A DNA stretch of 64,000 nt from Paragordius varius (Eukaryota; Animalia; Nematomorpha), in the NCBI GenBank assembly GCA_964247055.1, contig OZ176050.1:4278001-4342000 (forward strand), in the 5' to 3' direction. Numbering within the stretch: position 1 is the first letter of the stretch; every line of letters begins with the position of its first letter. The position numbers and the translations under genes were made by a program. Positions 1 through 13,600 of this stretch are shown one piece after another. The notes under the pieces are model-generated. The model was not told the origin of the DNA, did not search any database, and saw only the letters and a program-made list of their open reading frames with translations.

Positions 1-156
1 GGGGCAAGAAATTCATGACGCTTAAGAAAAAAATCGTAAGAAGATACAAATTTTACAGCATTAAAATGGTATATTAGCCATTATTAAAATTAATATACAA
101 AAAAAATTTATTTATACATACTATAATTAATGATAATACATAAATGAGATCACATT

Positions 157-827
157 TTACACCCATACACCTGCACAAATATCATTACCTAATAAAAGTT
201 ATAAAAAACAACATACTTTGATGAGTTTTATCCCGTTCTTTAATAGCAATCAAATCTTTTTTGGCTTTACTTATCATTTTATTTAAAACTTCCATATATT
301 GATTCTGAGAAGTAATAGCGGCCTCTTTTTCTTGCAAAAATTTATTCCAAAACTTAAAATTAAAATATTAAAACCTTATAACTTTGAGACCCATCATAAT
401 TAACCAAGAGATTGTCAATAGTCAATGCATTAGGAAGGTTCATTTTAACCATTAAAACCAGCAATATATATTGCTGCAGGATATAATAAATTAATGCTGA
501 TTTATCCAAATTAACTAAATCTATTGATTGAATGCCCTCAATTTCATCCAATAAATTAAAATCTGTCGATGTTTTTGATTTAACTGCTAGAATAAATTTA
601 GTTCCGATTTTCTTTTTAATAAATAATATCAGAGGTATTATATTTATATCATATGGAATATTGATAGATTTTCCGAGGGAGCTTATATATAAAATGAGCT
701 TGGATTCATTATAAATTCGTGATTTAAATTTCTTGTTAAGTAAATGGATAATATCACAGCATTTTGTATCACTTTGGATTCCAGTAATCACCAATTTTAA
801 ACCGTTGTGCCAAACTGACAATTCCAT
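157..827 (-). CDS. RASSF8: Miniature N-terminal RASSF family protein (RASSF7/8-like), 3 exons, about 206 aa
   Basis: Exons 827-375, 352-217, 188-157 total 621 nt in frame. N-terminus MELSVWHNGLKLVITGIQSDTKCCDII resembles the RASSF7/8 RA domain start (MELKVWVDG..CGV...TTCQEVV). Exon 2 is coiled-coil-like (FLQEKEAAITSQNQYMEVLNKMISKAKKDL). Exon 3 ends AGVWV-stop, resembling the RASSF8 C-terminal GIYV. The first donor could instead be at 404 (52-nt intron, same frame). Confidence 0.75.
189..216 (-). other. 28-nt GT-AG micro-intron (RASSF-like intron 2)
   Basis: GTATGTTGTTTTTTATAACTTTTATTAG; removal gives SNDICAGVWV-stop. Confidence 0.8.
353..374 (-). other. 22-nt GT-AG candidate micro-intron (RASSF-like intron 1; alternative 52 nt, 353-404)
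   Basis: GTTTTAATATTTTAATTTTAAG; an intron is needed to bypass the stop at 360-362 and shift into the exon 2 frame. Confidence 0.55.
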
Positions 828-873
828 TCATATAAAAATCACATACTTGTTAATCAATGAATGAAAATTTAGC

Positions 874-3800
874 ATGCCTAAAATAAGCCTGGATCCCGAA
901 GATCGTGTAATCAAAAGTTTAGAGAAAAAACTTCATTTGAAACGAAAAAAAAGCGCTGTAATACCAAAATCTTTTAAGGATGATGGATTAGATTGTATAA
1001 TTAAGATTTTTATATCATAGATTTATTAAATATTTGCGAAAGAACGAAACAGTCAAAAAAAATAAAAAACGATATCCCTGAGTCTATTGTTAAGAAAAAA
1101 TCAAAGAAAAACATAGAAGATATTTACGGAAGAGATATTAATACTGTAAATGTTGTTTGTGAAGGGGAAAACGTTGATTTATCTCCTCTTAAATCAAAAA
1201 TTAATGGGGTATTTAATCGTTTGTCACACAATACATTGTCGTATTGTTTCGAAAACACGATTGAACTTTATCAAAGTAACAGTCGTCATAGCGTTAATGA
1301 TACAATCTTTAAAGTTGTTGAGAAAATTTTATCGGTCCAACGAAAACATGATCAAATTGTTTTAATAGAAATAGCCGCTTACATTATATTAATTAATCAA
1401 AAGCTTGGTGGCGATAATGGTAATTTTTTTGATAAATACCCTAATAGGTGCAATCTTTTTAGAAAATTTTACGAAAAACTTTTACCAATCTTATGAGCCA
1501 TTTAACAAAAACGTTGATCCTAAAAACGAAGAAAATTTGGATGAAAACAAATATTACATTATAAATATTTGTGGACTTTTAGCACATTTATTTAATTTCC
1601 AGGTATTATTTAATTTATAAAGGGTAAACAAAAAAGTATTTAGCAACTATATTAATAAAATTTAAATTGTTACCCCTAAATAATATTTATATCGCATTAT
1701 TAAACAGTCAAAATAGTATATTTTTACTAATATTAATTTTTATTCAAAAATTTAGTCAAATTAATGCAATATAAACTAAAATTAAATTGAAAATATAAGT
1801 TTATATGCGAAAGTATCTAAAAGGTTTTATATCAAATTCATGCTTATAAATTTCTTTAAATATTTAAACAAACAAAAGAATCAAATTTAGAATATTCATA
1901 TATTTTTTTTATCCTCTTTAGTTAATGAAAAGTCGACTCATTAACGATATAATAGCTTTGCACATAAAAAATGGTAAACACCTTGATTTAGAGATTATTT
2001 TGGTTATGTTACGGAGTTGTGGATGGTATTTGAGAAAAGAAGATCCAATTTGCATTAAAAATATCTTTTTATCATATCAATCCCGACAGATTGAATTACT
2101 ATCACAAGGTAATAATATGTATCAATTATAATATTTAAAGAACTTTGAATCACATTATTTAATTATATGTAAATATGGTTAAGTAAATTAAAAAATAAAT
2201 TTAAACTCCTCAAATAAGAATGGATAAATGTTGTGAATTAGGTACTATGTATATGCAGTTGACCCTCCTATAATAATTCCCCCTTTATAATAAACATTTT
2301 ACTGATTTTTAAATAAGCCTCTATTTTTATCTTATTTATTGAAAGTTTGTGATTCCTTTCTCCCAAATTGGGCATTTTAATGCCCTTAATTACTCAAAAA
2401 TTATAAAAAAAATATTTAAACAATCTTTTTTATTATATTTGTTAAATATCTGTAAAACATAATTTATTATTATTATATATTATTTAATGAATTTTGGTAT
2501 CAATTGAATTAAAAAATAATTAATATATATATAAAAATGTGTCATAATGCGGATTATGAACCCTTAATTTTTTCCATTAATCAGGGTCTGAAATTTATTA
2601 CATTTTATATCCAATTATCATTATTTAATCAGTGTATGTTACCGTAGTGAAAAAAGCGGAAAATTATGTTAAAAAGTCACAAAAGCGGGTATTAACAAAA
2701 AATGACGACATATTTTACTAAAATTTAATTAAAAATACCCCTAAAATGTTGATTAGAATTAGAAATCGTAAATACCATAAGTGGAATGTATTTAAATTAG
2801 AGTTGAAAATCTCTTCAGTTTGATTTAATATATGTGTATATATATATTTCCATAGTAAACCATATATACTCATAATAAATATTTATTAAATATACAAAAC
2901 CTTTACCTGATAAATTGAATTTTATTCATTTTAATACTATATTTTTGGCCTACATTGAAAATTGAGGCAAAAGACAGTTATAGTTTTGCATATCGATCAA
3001 AAAATTTATATTCTTATTTTATACTTTCTATATTATATGATAATACCGCAATCATCTTAGCTCAATTATTTTAGAGAGATCGTAAGTGTAGCTACAATGA
3101 GTCATCATTTTTTGTCAGGCGCCTGTTTTCTTGTTCACACATTATCATAATTACTTACAATATTTAAATCATTTTTATTAACTTTCTTATTTAAACCGAA
3201 CAATATTTTTTGGGTTTTATCTACCAAGTCATACTTTTTTGTCAAAATTGTGGCGATAATTTATTTTGGTTTTAATACTGGCCCGCAAATTTGTTAAATA
3301 ATGTCGAACTATGCTTAAAATCAATGTTTTGACATTAAATTCTAAAAAAATACAAAACAAATTTCCGTTTTTCTAGATATTATTAATGTTAAAACTATAG
3401 AATCGTGTTTATTATCCCCTATGACCCCCAATGAAGTTTTTAAAATAAACCAAAAACAAATTAGTTAATTTAAAATTCTCATAATAAACTGAAAACAGTT
3501 AATAAAAATTAATCGTTCATTTTTTTATTAAATAATATTTTGTATATTTTATATTTATTATTGGAAAGAAATATTAGTTTAAATTTAATTTTCATTTAAA
3601 CAAATGCCATGTATTTTTGCCCAATAGTCTTTATGGGAGAGATTGACTGTACTTATTTATTTTAAAACTATATAAATAATATCAAATTTTCGTTGTTAAT
3701 AAATATAAAGCCAATTTTGCTCTAAAACCACATATATACCTATACATAAAAAATTATTGATTAAAATCTATAATTTTTATGGCAAATATTTCAGCCTCGG

Positions 3801-5273
3801 ATGATGCTTTGTATGAAACACGTATCAAAATGATTCAAGATACCTTATTAGCGCTCAAAAACAATAATATACGAAAAATTATGGGCGAAAATATTGAGTT
3901 TATTCAACAAACCATCCTATCTTACAAAAAGTATCATTGTTTTTATAATTTGGCTAGATAATTTTTTTAAAATAATGGTAAGATAGAATAGGTAATTTGG
4001 AAAATACAAAAAATTCTTATTTTTCACATTAATATTTTATTTTTTGAATTGTCGGATTTTTACTGTTTTTTAAATTCAATTATATATAATTCATCGTTTA
4101 AATATTATTTATCCTGTTTTACAAATTTTTACGCAATTAATAGATACCATGTACAGTTAAAATTCGCCCTTGAACAATTTAAATTTACCCTAAAAAACAA
4201 TTATGTTTTTTCGAACTAATACTCATTATTAATATGACATATATCTTTATGGCATAGTTTATTATTTTTTCAATATTATTTTAATATAAAATTTTATTTA
4301 TTAAAAATATATTAAATTATAGGTAATTTTTAAATTTTAAAAAACACTTAATTTATTCAAGACTAAGTTCGAATTGTAAATGGTATATTAACATTGATTT
4401 TTAACAATTTCTATACTTTATATCCACATATTTATTTTTTTGAATTATTAAACAAATGGATGTCAGATATCAAACTAGGCATTTTAATTATATTATTTAT
4501 TATTGATAATTATATTAATTCTAACACAATGGTTTTTAAAAAACATTTTCTTTTTTCATTTGTCATTTACCATAGAACAATGAGATTGGTGTTTAAAGAT
4601 TGTCACCCCGAAAAAATGGAATACGATATTCCTCTTCAAGATTTAATTGAATGCCGAGATGGAAAATGGTGGAGGGTTGGGGCTGCTTATCTCCCCACCA
4701 CACATCCTCCCACTAATACGACAGATTTTTCAAACATTGAAACAAAAATAACTAATGCATATGATATTCCGTCTGATAAGTATGAGATGAATACCATAAA
4801 TTTTGAATTTTTTTTAGGATAAATATAATTTGAAACAAAATTTTTGATTAATCAACACCGACCACTTTATTTTATATTCATATATTTTATATAATAAATA
4901 TTACATTAGCCCGTATTAAAAATATGTATTTTAGGGCCTTTTAGACGCATTTTATCAAAAAATATTTTAAACAATAAAGTCTGGAGAAAAGCATCTTCAA
5001 CTTTGCTTCCATTTTTTTACAGGCAAATAAAAATATATTAGGTTAAAAATGAAAATTAAAATTCCATTGATTGCGTAGTAATAATAATTTTTCAAATATT
5101 TTAATTTTTGTTTTAGAGGTTGTGGTAAATCTAAATTTTAGGGTCTGAAATTTTATAAAAGTATTTTACTAAATATAATCTTTGATAATCGGATATAAAA
5201 AATATATATAATTAGTTTTATTAACCCATTACTCAAGATGTATCCGTCATATATAATTGTTAATAGGTGAAAT

Positions 5274-5307
<34 letters not shown>

Positions 5308-7691
5308 CATTTTACCATTATCTGATGTAGTTTTTCAATTTCTTTAGGCTAAAATTGTTGGAAAAAATAGCCGTTTCTAATGGAATGCAAGTTAGAGATA
5401 AAAAGGAAATTTTCATTATTTTAATGGCCGGTCATAGTTTTGGCAAAACATTCAACAATCTCCTCTCATTCATACATGGGGCCAAATCACATCAATCCAA
5501 TAAAGCCAAGATAAAGGTTTGATTAAATTTATTTTTTTGTATTTTTTGCATTTGTTAAAGAATTTTGGCCGCAAAAAAAATTGGAAATTCCTAATTTGTA
5601 AAAGTATGCTAACAATATAGTAAAAAAGATATTTCTTTATAAATTTTTAAAAAATTAGTATATCGGATTGGCAAGAACTAGAAAAAAATCATAAATTGTC
5701 TTTGCATTTTCCAATCTTTTGTTTAATATTTATTATATAATTGTGGCCCGTGAAACTAATTGTGTTGCACACTACTAATTTAAAATGTCATTAGTATTTT
5801 AAGTTATTGACAAAATGATATTGATTAAATTAATATTTTATCTCAAATCATTTATACATATTAAAAATATTATTATTATTATTTCATATTTTTATAATAG
5901 AAATTAAATTACATGCGTATTCGTGAAACATTTTCCATCCTATTGCATTGCTGTTTGACTGAATCCAAATTTAATCCTTTTTACTCTACGATAGCTATCA
6001 AACTCTGTCAAATTGACCGGGAATACAGGGTATTGATAATATTTTTTTTGGAGTTTTTTATTATAAGAATTATGTATATATTTGTTAATTTTAGTAAATT
6101 TTAGATTATAAAACCGTCCAAAATTTAAAATAATTTTTCTAACGTTATGTATGTCTTATTATAGCGACTGTGCGAATTTGCTATATGGGATAGAATTACT
6201 ACGCTATCTGAAGCCAAACCCAGTCATATAACGAATTTGGCCCATTTTATTCACGAATTAATTATGACACCATGCTATATGAATTTAATTATTTTGAAGG
6301 TAAATAAAAACTAAACTTTACATAAATATATACTTTCTTTGTTTCATAATGTTTTTTTTATCCTTTACCATTAGTATATCATTAATATTAATATATTTTA
6401 TTGATGTATGACACTACACGGTTAATTTTAAGTTAAAAAATGAATTTATTTTATACTTACGTTCCCATAAAATAAATTTCCAAATAATATATAAAAGAAC
6501 AGAATGTCTATCGATGATTGCCATATATTTCATAACCTACATATATTATATTATATGTCATTTTTGTTCCTTGAGCTTAAATCCATACTTTTTTATAATT
6601 AACACTTGGATACAACACATTCATTTCAGTCCTTCGATTCAAATTGGGGTAATTGGATACCCAAGGCCTGTTTAAAATAAATACTTAAAAATATGGAAGG
6701 AATCCAAACCATGGCAAATTTTGCACTTATATAAGATTATAAACCGAAATATATAAAAAAATTTATTCAAAAATATCTGATATTTCTTATTTTAAGGTAA
6801 AACTCAAAGGTAAAAATTTAGTCAACATGAGATGTGTGGATCAGCTACATTGAAAATAATATAAAATAAACCATTTTTCTATTTCTATTAAAGTTAGATG
6901 TGTAAAAAATTAATTTTACCCTAATTAAATAAGACGATATTTTGCAAAAATTTTATGAGATAAAAATGGCTTTGAAGTAGTTTGATATGGAATTTTTTCA
7001 AAACGAAATTTATATAGATATTTTGTCTTATTTATATAATTTTTATTAGAATAAAGCTTAAATTTAAAGTGGGACCGTTTTCTTCAGTAGTTTTTTAAAA
7101 ATATTAGCTTACATTTGGTCTGATGTATTTAGATACCTCAATTTGAATCGAAGTGTTATGTGTTGTATTTTATCGCCCAAAACATATTAATTGTATTTTT
7201 ATATTTTTAAGATCAAACTTTTATAGTTATTTACGGGTAACACTATAGTCGATAAAGTATTTTGTGTATATATTTTCACATGAACCCTCTTTTAGAAAAT
7301 GGATTTCATGAACCTCAATCCAACGAGTGAACAATTTTTATCTAAACTCATGACCTTACTGCTCACTAAACAACCAACAACGTCGCTTACAACGCAACAA
7401 AATTTAGCGGATAAAACGAAATTATCAGGCAATTTCGCCCAAACACCTTCAGTTTCTATTACACGTTTACAACAATTGTTTCTAAAATTGTATCGTACCC
7501 AACCTTCTGTGTACGAAAGCTTAAGAATCTTTTGTAATTATATTATGAACATTGGAGGAACTGACAAGCCTTTAAAGGATAATCCTGAAAATGAAAATTC
7601 AACAAACGATACTCAAGCTCTAATGCAGAAAAATTGGGCACTTATTGAAGGTTTCACTGAAAGGATGTGTAATGACACGCTTGATGTGTAG
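874..7691 (+). CDS. NOM1: Nucleolar MIF4G domain-containing protein 1 (MIF4G + MA3), 10 exons, 676 aa
   Basis: Exons 874-994, 1021-1419, 1448-1602, 1922-2108, 3795-3930, 4576-4779, 5348-5516, 5901-6029, 6165-6299, 7296-7691 total 2031 nt with GT-AG junctions and consistent phases. Motifs: EDRVIKSLEKKL..PKSFKDDGLDYLL, LAHLFNFQ, YLRKEDP, LLALKNNNIRK, GKWWRVGAAY, HCCLTESKFNPFY. Confidence 0.93.
995..1020 (+). other. 26-nt GT-AG micro-intron (NOM1 intron 1)
   Basis: GTATAATTAAGATTTTTATATCATAG; removal restores the conserved DGLD-YLL; retention gives an in-frame TAG. Confidence 0.9.
1420..1447 (+). other. 28-nt GT-AG micro-intron (NOM1 intron 2)
   Basis: GTAATTTTTTTGATAAATACCCTAATAG; joins ORF-track frames 1221..1496 and 1405..1620 at GGDN-GAIFLE. 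Confidence 0.88.
4147..4383. mobile_element. TA-flanked MITE family B, copy 1 (NOM1 intron 5)
   Basis: TA|CCATGTACAG...TGTAAATGG|TA; internal similarity to the copies at 17395 and 40590. Confidence 0.65.
6603..7155. mobile_element. TTAA-flanked MITE family A, copy 1 (NOM1 intron 9)
   Basis: Starts TTAA|CACTTGGATACAAC and ends TTTGAATCGAAGTG|TTAT; homologous along its length to the copies at 45897, 47892 and 60164. Confidence 0.85.
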
Positions 7692-10600
7692 AATATTAAA
7701 TTTTTTTAGATACATAAATTAATTATAATCTAAGATTTAAATAAACTAATTAAATTATTATTCCTAACAAAATTAAATTATTATTTTTGTGATTGTGGGA
7801 AAATGGTTGAATTTTAAGATTCCATTAAATGTGTTGTTTTAAGACAGAATATAATATGATTTTTTCTAAATATTTAAATAATATATTGTCATTATATAAA
7901 TAAAACAGCATCATTTTTATTCTGAAAACCATGAGAAATTTATTTTATCTATGCCATTTAATTTTTTATTTTACGCGTTACTATTTTATTGTTGTAGACT
8001 CTAAGATAATGTTTAAAATAATTAAATTTGATTTTTGATAATTTGGTTAAAAACGATTCGTTATGGAGTGGTTTTGATGTTTATGCCATCATGCATCTAA
8101 TGTTTTTTTTGTTTAAAATTTAATTTTGTAAAAATAGCACGTTTAAAGTGTGTTAAATAGTAAAAAATGAATGATTATGATTTTTATTTTTATTGCATAG
8201 AGTTATCTATTTTTATTTTTGTTATAATCAATAAAATAATTTAAATATATGGAAAAAAAATTAATTTTAAAACGCATCCATTATTCAACAATGCAAAATT
8301 GAATTCCAACACGAAAAACGAATAGCATTACACTCACACACACTTTAAAAGTGAGTGATTGATGAAAACTTAATAGAGAAAATAGGCAAACATTTTAAAA
8401 AAAATATATTATACATTACATTACAAAACATAATTTAAATTAAAAATTGGACAACAAATTTTTTTGATTAAAAACCTAAAACTAATAATAATATAATAAT
8501 ATTTACAACTCATTTTTTTAAAAAAAACTTTTTAAATATGCTATGCTAAATATTTTTATCATGTTTTAATAAATTTGCGTTTTAAAATTTATTAATTTTG
8601 TCAGTCCTGTTCACAAGCTTTGTACATTATTTCAACCCATTGAACAGTGAAATGAGTTTAATTTGTTTTATAGCTTTTTTAAATGTAAAATTGAGGTTTT
8701 TTTAAAAAAAATTTATATTTGCATATTTCATTTTATGAAGATGTTGTTTTAGAATGGGCTAGCTACGTGCAATATAATATTTAATTGTCATTATAAAAAA
8801 TGTAAATATATGTTAATTACACACATTTATGAAAAAAAATATTATATTTAAATTATACAACCTTATATAATTACACATTTATGAGATTTTAGACCTTACA
8901 CCTGGTTGCAATGCAAAACATGCCCATACAATATGTAAAAATATATTATTTAAAAAGCTCCTATTTAAATTTTTTTGTTTTAATAACCAAAAATACAGCA
9001 TATTTATTCAACAAAATATGGTGTGACAAGAAAGACAGAACCCAACATTGATATAAAAACAAAAAAACATTAAAGGTATGTATAGTTATAATTTTTTACA
9101 AAAATTATAAAATAGTAATTTATACTACCTACACCTTTAAGTCTGAGAGGATAAGAGAGTTTTGTAATTTTGCAATAACAATTATAGTATATTTAGCAAA
9201 AAAAATAAAATATGGGGGGTAATTTATCATAACTTACAGGGGCTTGTAAAATTTTGACTTTGGTTATTAAACATATCATAATAATTACATATTTAAATAA
9301 GTAAGCCCAGACCACCATATTACATAATAATATTTTGAAAGCTATACACACACACATTAAAAATAAATATGTTGTTTAAACACCCCCCATTCCCAAAACG
9401 AAAGATAATTATATTATTATTTTTAGCGTTTTTAGTAAAATATATATATCCAAGTTTGACACTAATGCAGGTATTATCGTTTCATAATTATGGAATTTAT
9501 AATGAACTCATTATTCGTTGTGAGTCTTTTTGTCTTTGCTCTTGTCGAATGGAAAAACGAGATAGCAATTATTATTACAAAATTAGCATTTTAATGCGTC
9601 CATCCGTATCCATATATAACTTTTGGGTAATTGTTTTTGTGTTTTACACACATTACTTGTCTGGGCTTGTTTTTGATGAAAAAAATTCATTTAGTCAATT
9701 AAGTTTTTGGGACTGTAATCTTTAGAACAAATTAAGATTCACATTTTGTTTAGGGTGGTTTGGTTATGTTTATTAACTTTGGTAACAAAAAGTTAATTTT
9801 CAAAAAATAATGTAGCGCTTTTATCGTCACAAAGTATCGTACTATAAAATGGTTTAAATTATTAGGCATATAAATATCTAGTATTTTTTGATTGCGTTAA
9901 GTTATATGCAATCTGATTACTCCCAACTACTGCTGCAATAGTGCCGTTATTGATTGGTTATTTGAAAAAAATAAATTAACCAAATTTGATATAAAGGTCC
10001 AAAACAGGAATTAATTGAAAATATATAAGATATACCCATGCTAATGACTATAACATCTTAAAATTCATTTATGAAGTTAAAATTTGGTTTTTCAGAAACG
10101 TGGGTGCCTTCAAATCTTTAGGGAAGGGGTCTGAATGATATATTTAAATTTTCTTTAATAGACTAAAATCTGAAAAGTTTACAGCAAAAATAGTCATAAA
10201 TTTTTGGAATCCGCAAAAATTGCTTACCTTTAGTATATTACTAATATATTTTTCGGCAAACTTATAACAGATTGCAAAAAAAATCCTAATCTGTCTCTTA
10301 TTTGTAGCCGAAAAGCTGACAACTTAATCCAAATTTTTCAAATTAATAATAAAATTTCGGATTCATTTAAAGAAGTAAAATATAATATGGGAAGCTGCTC
10401 AAAGTTTAACCCTAATCCTAACAAACCATTTTTAAACAAATAGGTCTTTTGTTTGGATATATGAAATACAGTCGGAGCTTATCAAAAAATTTATTTTAAA
10501 AGGATGTGTACGAATAGATGTGGTATGACAACGCTAAATTTTCTGCATACTATTTTTTCATTAGCAGCAACAAAGGTCTGACTTATTTATGATCATCAAA

Positions 10601-13600
10601 TTGAAAACGACAATTAATTTACCTTTCAATATTTGAACATCAACTAAGGATGAATTGAAATATCCTACATAAATAAAACACCAATCTCACAACTAATATT
10701 CACGTATCAATCGGTTAACGAATGGATGTATGCTAAACGTATGGATCGACATTAATAATAATTAAATAAAATTTCGCATTTCACTCAAAAATTGGAACAT
10801 ACGAATTCAATATAGAAAATTAAATGACTCTAAAACGATAAAAGATATTTAATTATATAATTGTAAATCTAGGGTTAACATAAGTTTAAATTTTTTGATC
10901 TTATTACTGGTCCTAGTCAGTACCTGAAACAATTTTTGCTTGGGAAGTGGCTTACCATAAAGATTAAATTATTTTTTGATTCCTTATGTGATCCTTAAAA
11001 TTTGATAAAAAAATAATTAGGTGATCATACATATTTATATACTTGTATTTTCATAAAATAAGAAAAACCGTGATTTTAAATCGTGAACACAATTTGGAAT
11101 ATGATTTTTTTTAATTTATGGCATATCGTAAGACATCCACAGCCATTTTTGTTGTTTAAAAGAAAACGTGCTTAAATCAATATTTATATTAATATATACA
11201 GTATTATTGGTATATAAAAAATTATTATAGATATTATTAATTTAATATAATGTGATGATACAATATAAAAATTGTATTAATAATAATGATATTAACGACA
11301 TTAAATCACTGACTGACTGACTAGATAAAAAATCAAAAATATATATTAAGTTTTAATAATAAAACTTTTATATAATTTGTTGTATGTATAAATGATAGTA
11401 TATATCGTTGTAAAATTATAAAACATATCCAATTTCTTGACAAAACACATCTTAAGACCACCAACAAGAAAGATAACTAAATTATATTAAGACTCAGTTA
11501 AATATTAAGGAGAAAATAGAGGCTATTTTATATGATTATATTTGGCTATTCTCTTGCATTATTAATTTAATATTACATTATTATTTTTATTTATACGAAA
11601 AAAATATTAACAAAATCGAAAATCAAAACGATGTATATGCAATGCAATTCAGTGCAATAATATTTGGATTTTGTGGAACTATTAAAACTGTTAAAAATAT
11701 CCCTAAATCTAAGAAACGAATATATTTAACACTATAATTTTTTTGTAAGATTTCTCAAGTTTTTCTCGCTCTCTATATTTATTAATATTCAAGAGATATA
11801 ATCAACATATACCATGCAGGCATTTATTATTAATAATATGATCATCATCCCTTGCATTTTAATTTATACTGAGCCCTCTGCTATTTATACTACATAAGTG
11901 ATTGGTCTGATATTTCGATATTAATCATTAACAATTTCTACATGTGCTACTTACTGTTTTGTTTGGAATGTTTCTGATATTGTATTTTAAAGATTCTAAT
12001 TAGTTCTGTTCGATGAAAATGGATATAGGTCGGTTCTTTTATTTGAAGCGGGACATTTAGGATGTAATAGAAGTTTGATGAATTACGACAATCTATTCGC
12101 TTTTATAATAAAGTTTATATTGCGGTCTTGCAAACTTTTGAAAAAGTTATATTAGATTGCAAGTGAGATAAGTTGGATGCCCCTGTTAAAAATTTATATT
12201 TATATCTAATGTTGTTTGTTGTGTATCTTAAGAGGTTTTGTGTTTAGTTTGAATCGTAGCGATTTAAAATATCAGATTTTCATTTGTTAAATGTTTAAAT
12301 TTTATTTCTGTTTTGAGTTACTTAATTTTGTTTGAATCTGTGCTTGACTTTGATAAACGAATTGCTAAACTGTATCAATAAAGTATGTCGGCCATCTATG
12401 ATTTCGTTGAGCAATAGCGTTTGATTCCATATTTTATTGAATATTATTTTCTAATTCATATAATTTTTTTTCAAGGAAAAAAATATGAGTTAGTTATTTC
12501 GTTGTTATCGGTTAACTGTATGTGGTGAATGAAAATGTATGTATGATTATTATATAATTATTTTATTTAGAGAATCAAGAATTAATATTTTATCCCATTT
12601 ATACGTATTTATACCTGCTCATATATACAATAATCAATAATATTGCATGTCCTCAACTCTTGACCTTCAGAAACTTATAAAATTGATATTGTCCATTATA
12701 TTGTAATAATTTTTTTATACAGTACGAAAATTAATATCAAGTCTTGAAATCGGATTAAATTTTAATTTTGTATTAAAATAGCTTTTATAATATATCATCA
12801 GGAATTTTTCAAATTATTAGATATTAATTTTCAGTATTTACTGTAAGTCAGGGCTTTTAAGCCTTGATAAGGTTTTCAAAAGTACTCTTCATGAAACCAA
12901 ACAATGTTTTTCCATATTGCTACTATCTGCTCAAATATAATGAGTCGCTGTCTCATTTAAGCATCTCTTAATATAATTAATTTTTGGTGAGAGCACATAT
13001 ATTACATATATATATATATATATATATATAAATAATAATTGAGGTGTCACACTTTAATAAATGGAAAAACGGGTTTAGGAATTTTTTCATGCAATCCGAA
13101 ATGGTACATCAGAAATCATAATAATTTTTAATACATTGTCTAAATGTCAATTTATACATTATGAAAGAACCATTGTTTTGGATTTAAAATTTCCCAACAT
13201 ACGTACATTGAGTAAATATTTTTTCACACATCAACTCAATTATATGATAATCTTTGATTTTGTGGGAGCACTATATAATGTATATTCTACACATCGTGTC
13301 AAGATTGATATATTTGTTGGATAAAAAATAAGCCCGTTCGCGACAATTTTTATAATGAAAATATGTATTGTAATTTAAAGGAATGAAAACCCCAATCTAC
13401 ATTTCACAGCAGGATACCATATCTATTTTGGACGATATTTCATTGACAAAAGAAATTATGTGTAAAAAAAGCACAATGTTTATTATATGACTTGATATTA
13501 AATACGTTTTAATAGTTCTACTTCATCTTAATATTATAATAAAATGATTGTGGGATAAAATTTAGGACATATTTTACTTGAAAGGTAAAATAGATAATAT

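Noticed and set aside
353-1447. Micro-introns as sequencing frameshift errors in pseudogenes
   Set aside because: Each has GT-AG ends exactly where homology breaks and resumes, and the rest of each gene is intact; RNA evidence is still needed.
9369-9725. 118-aa hydrophobic ORF
   Set aside because: Composition (F, I, L, Y, N, K) matches AT-rich background; no motif or linked exons.
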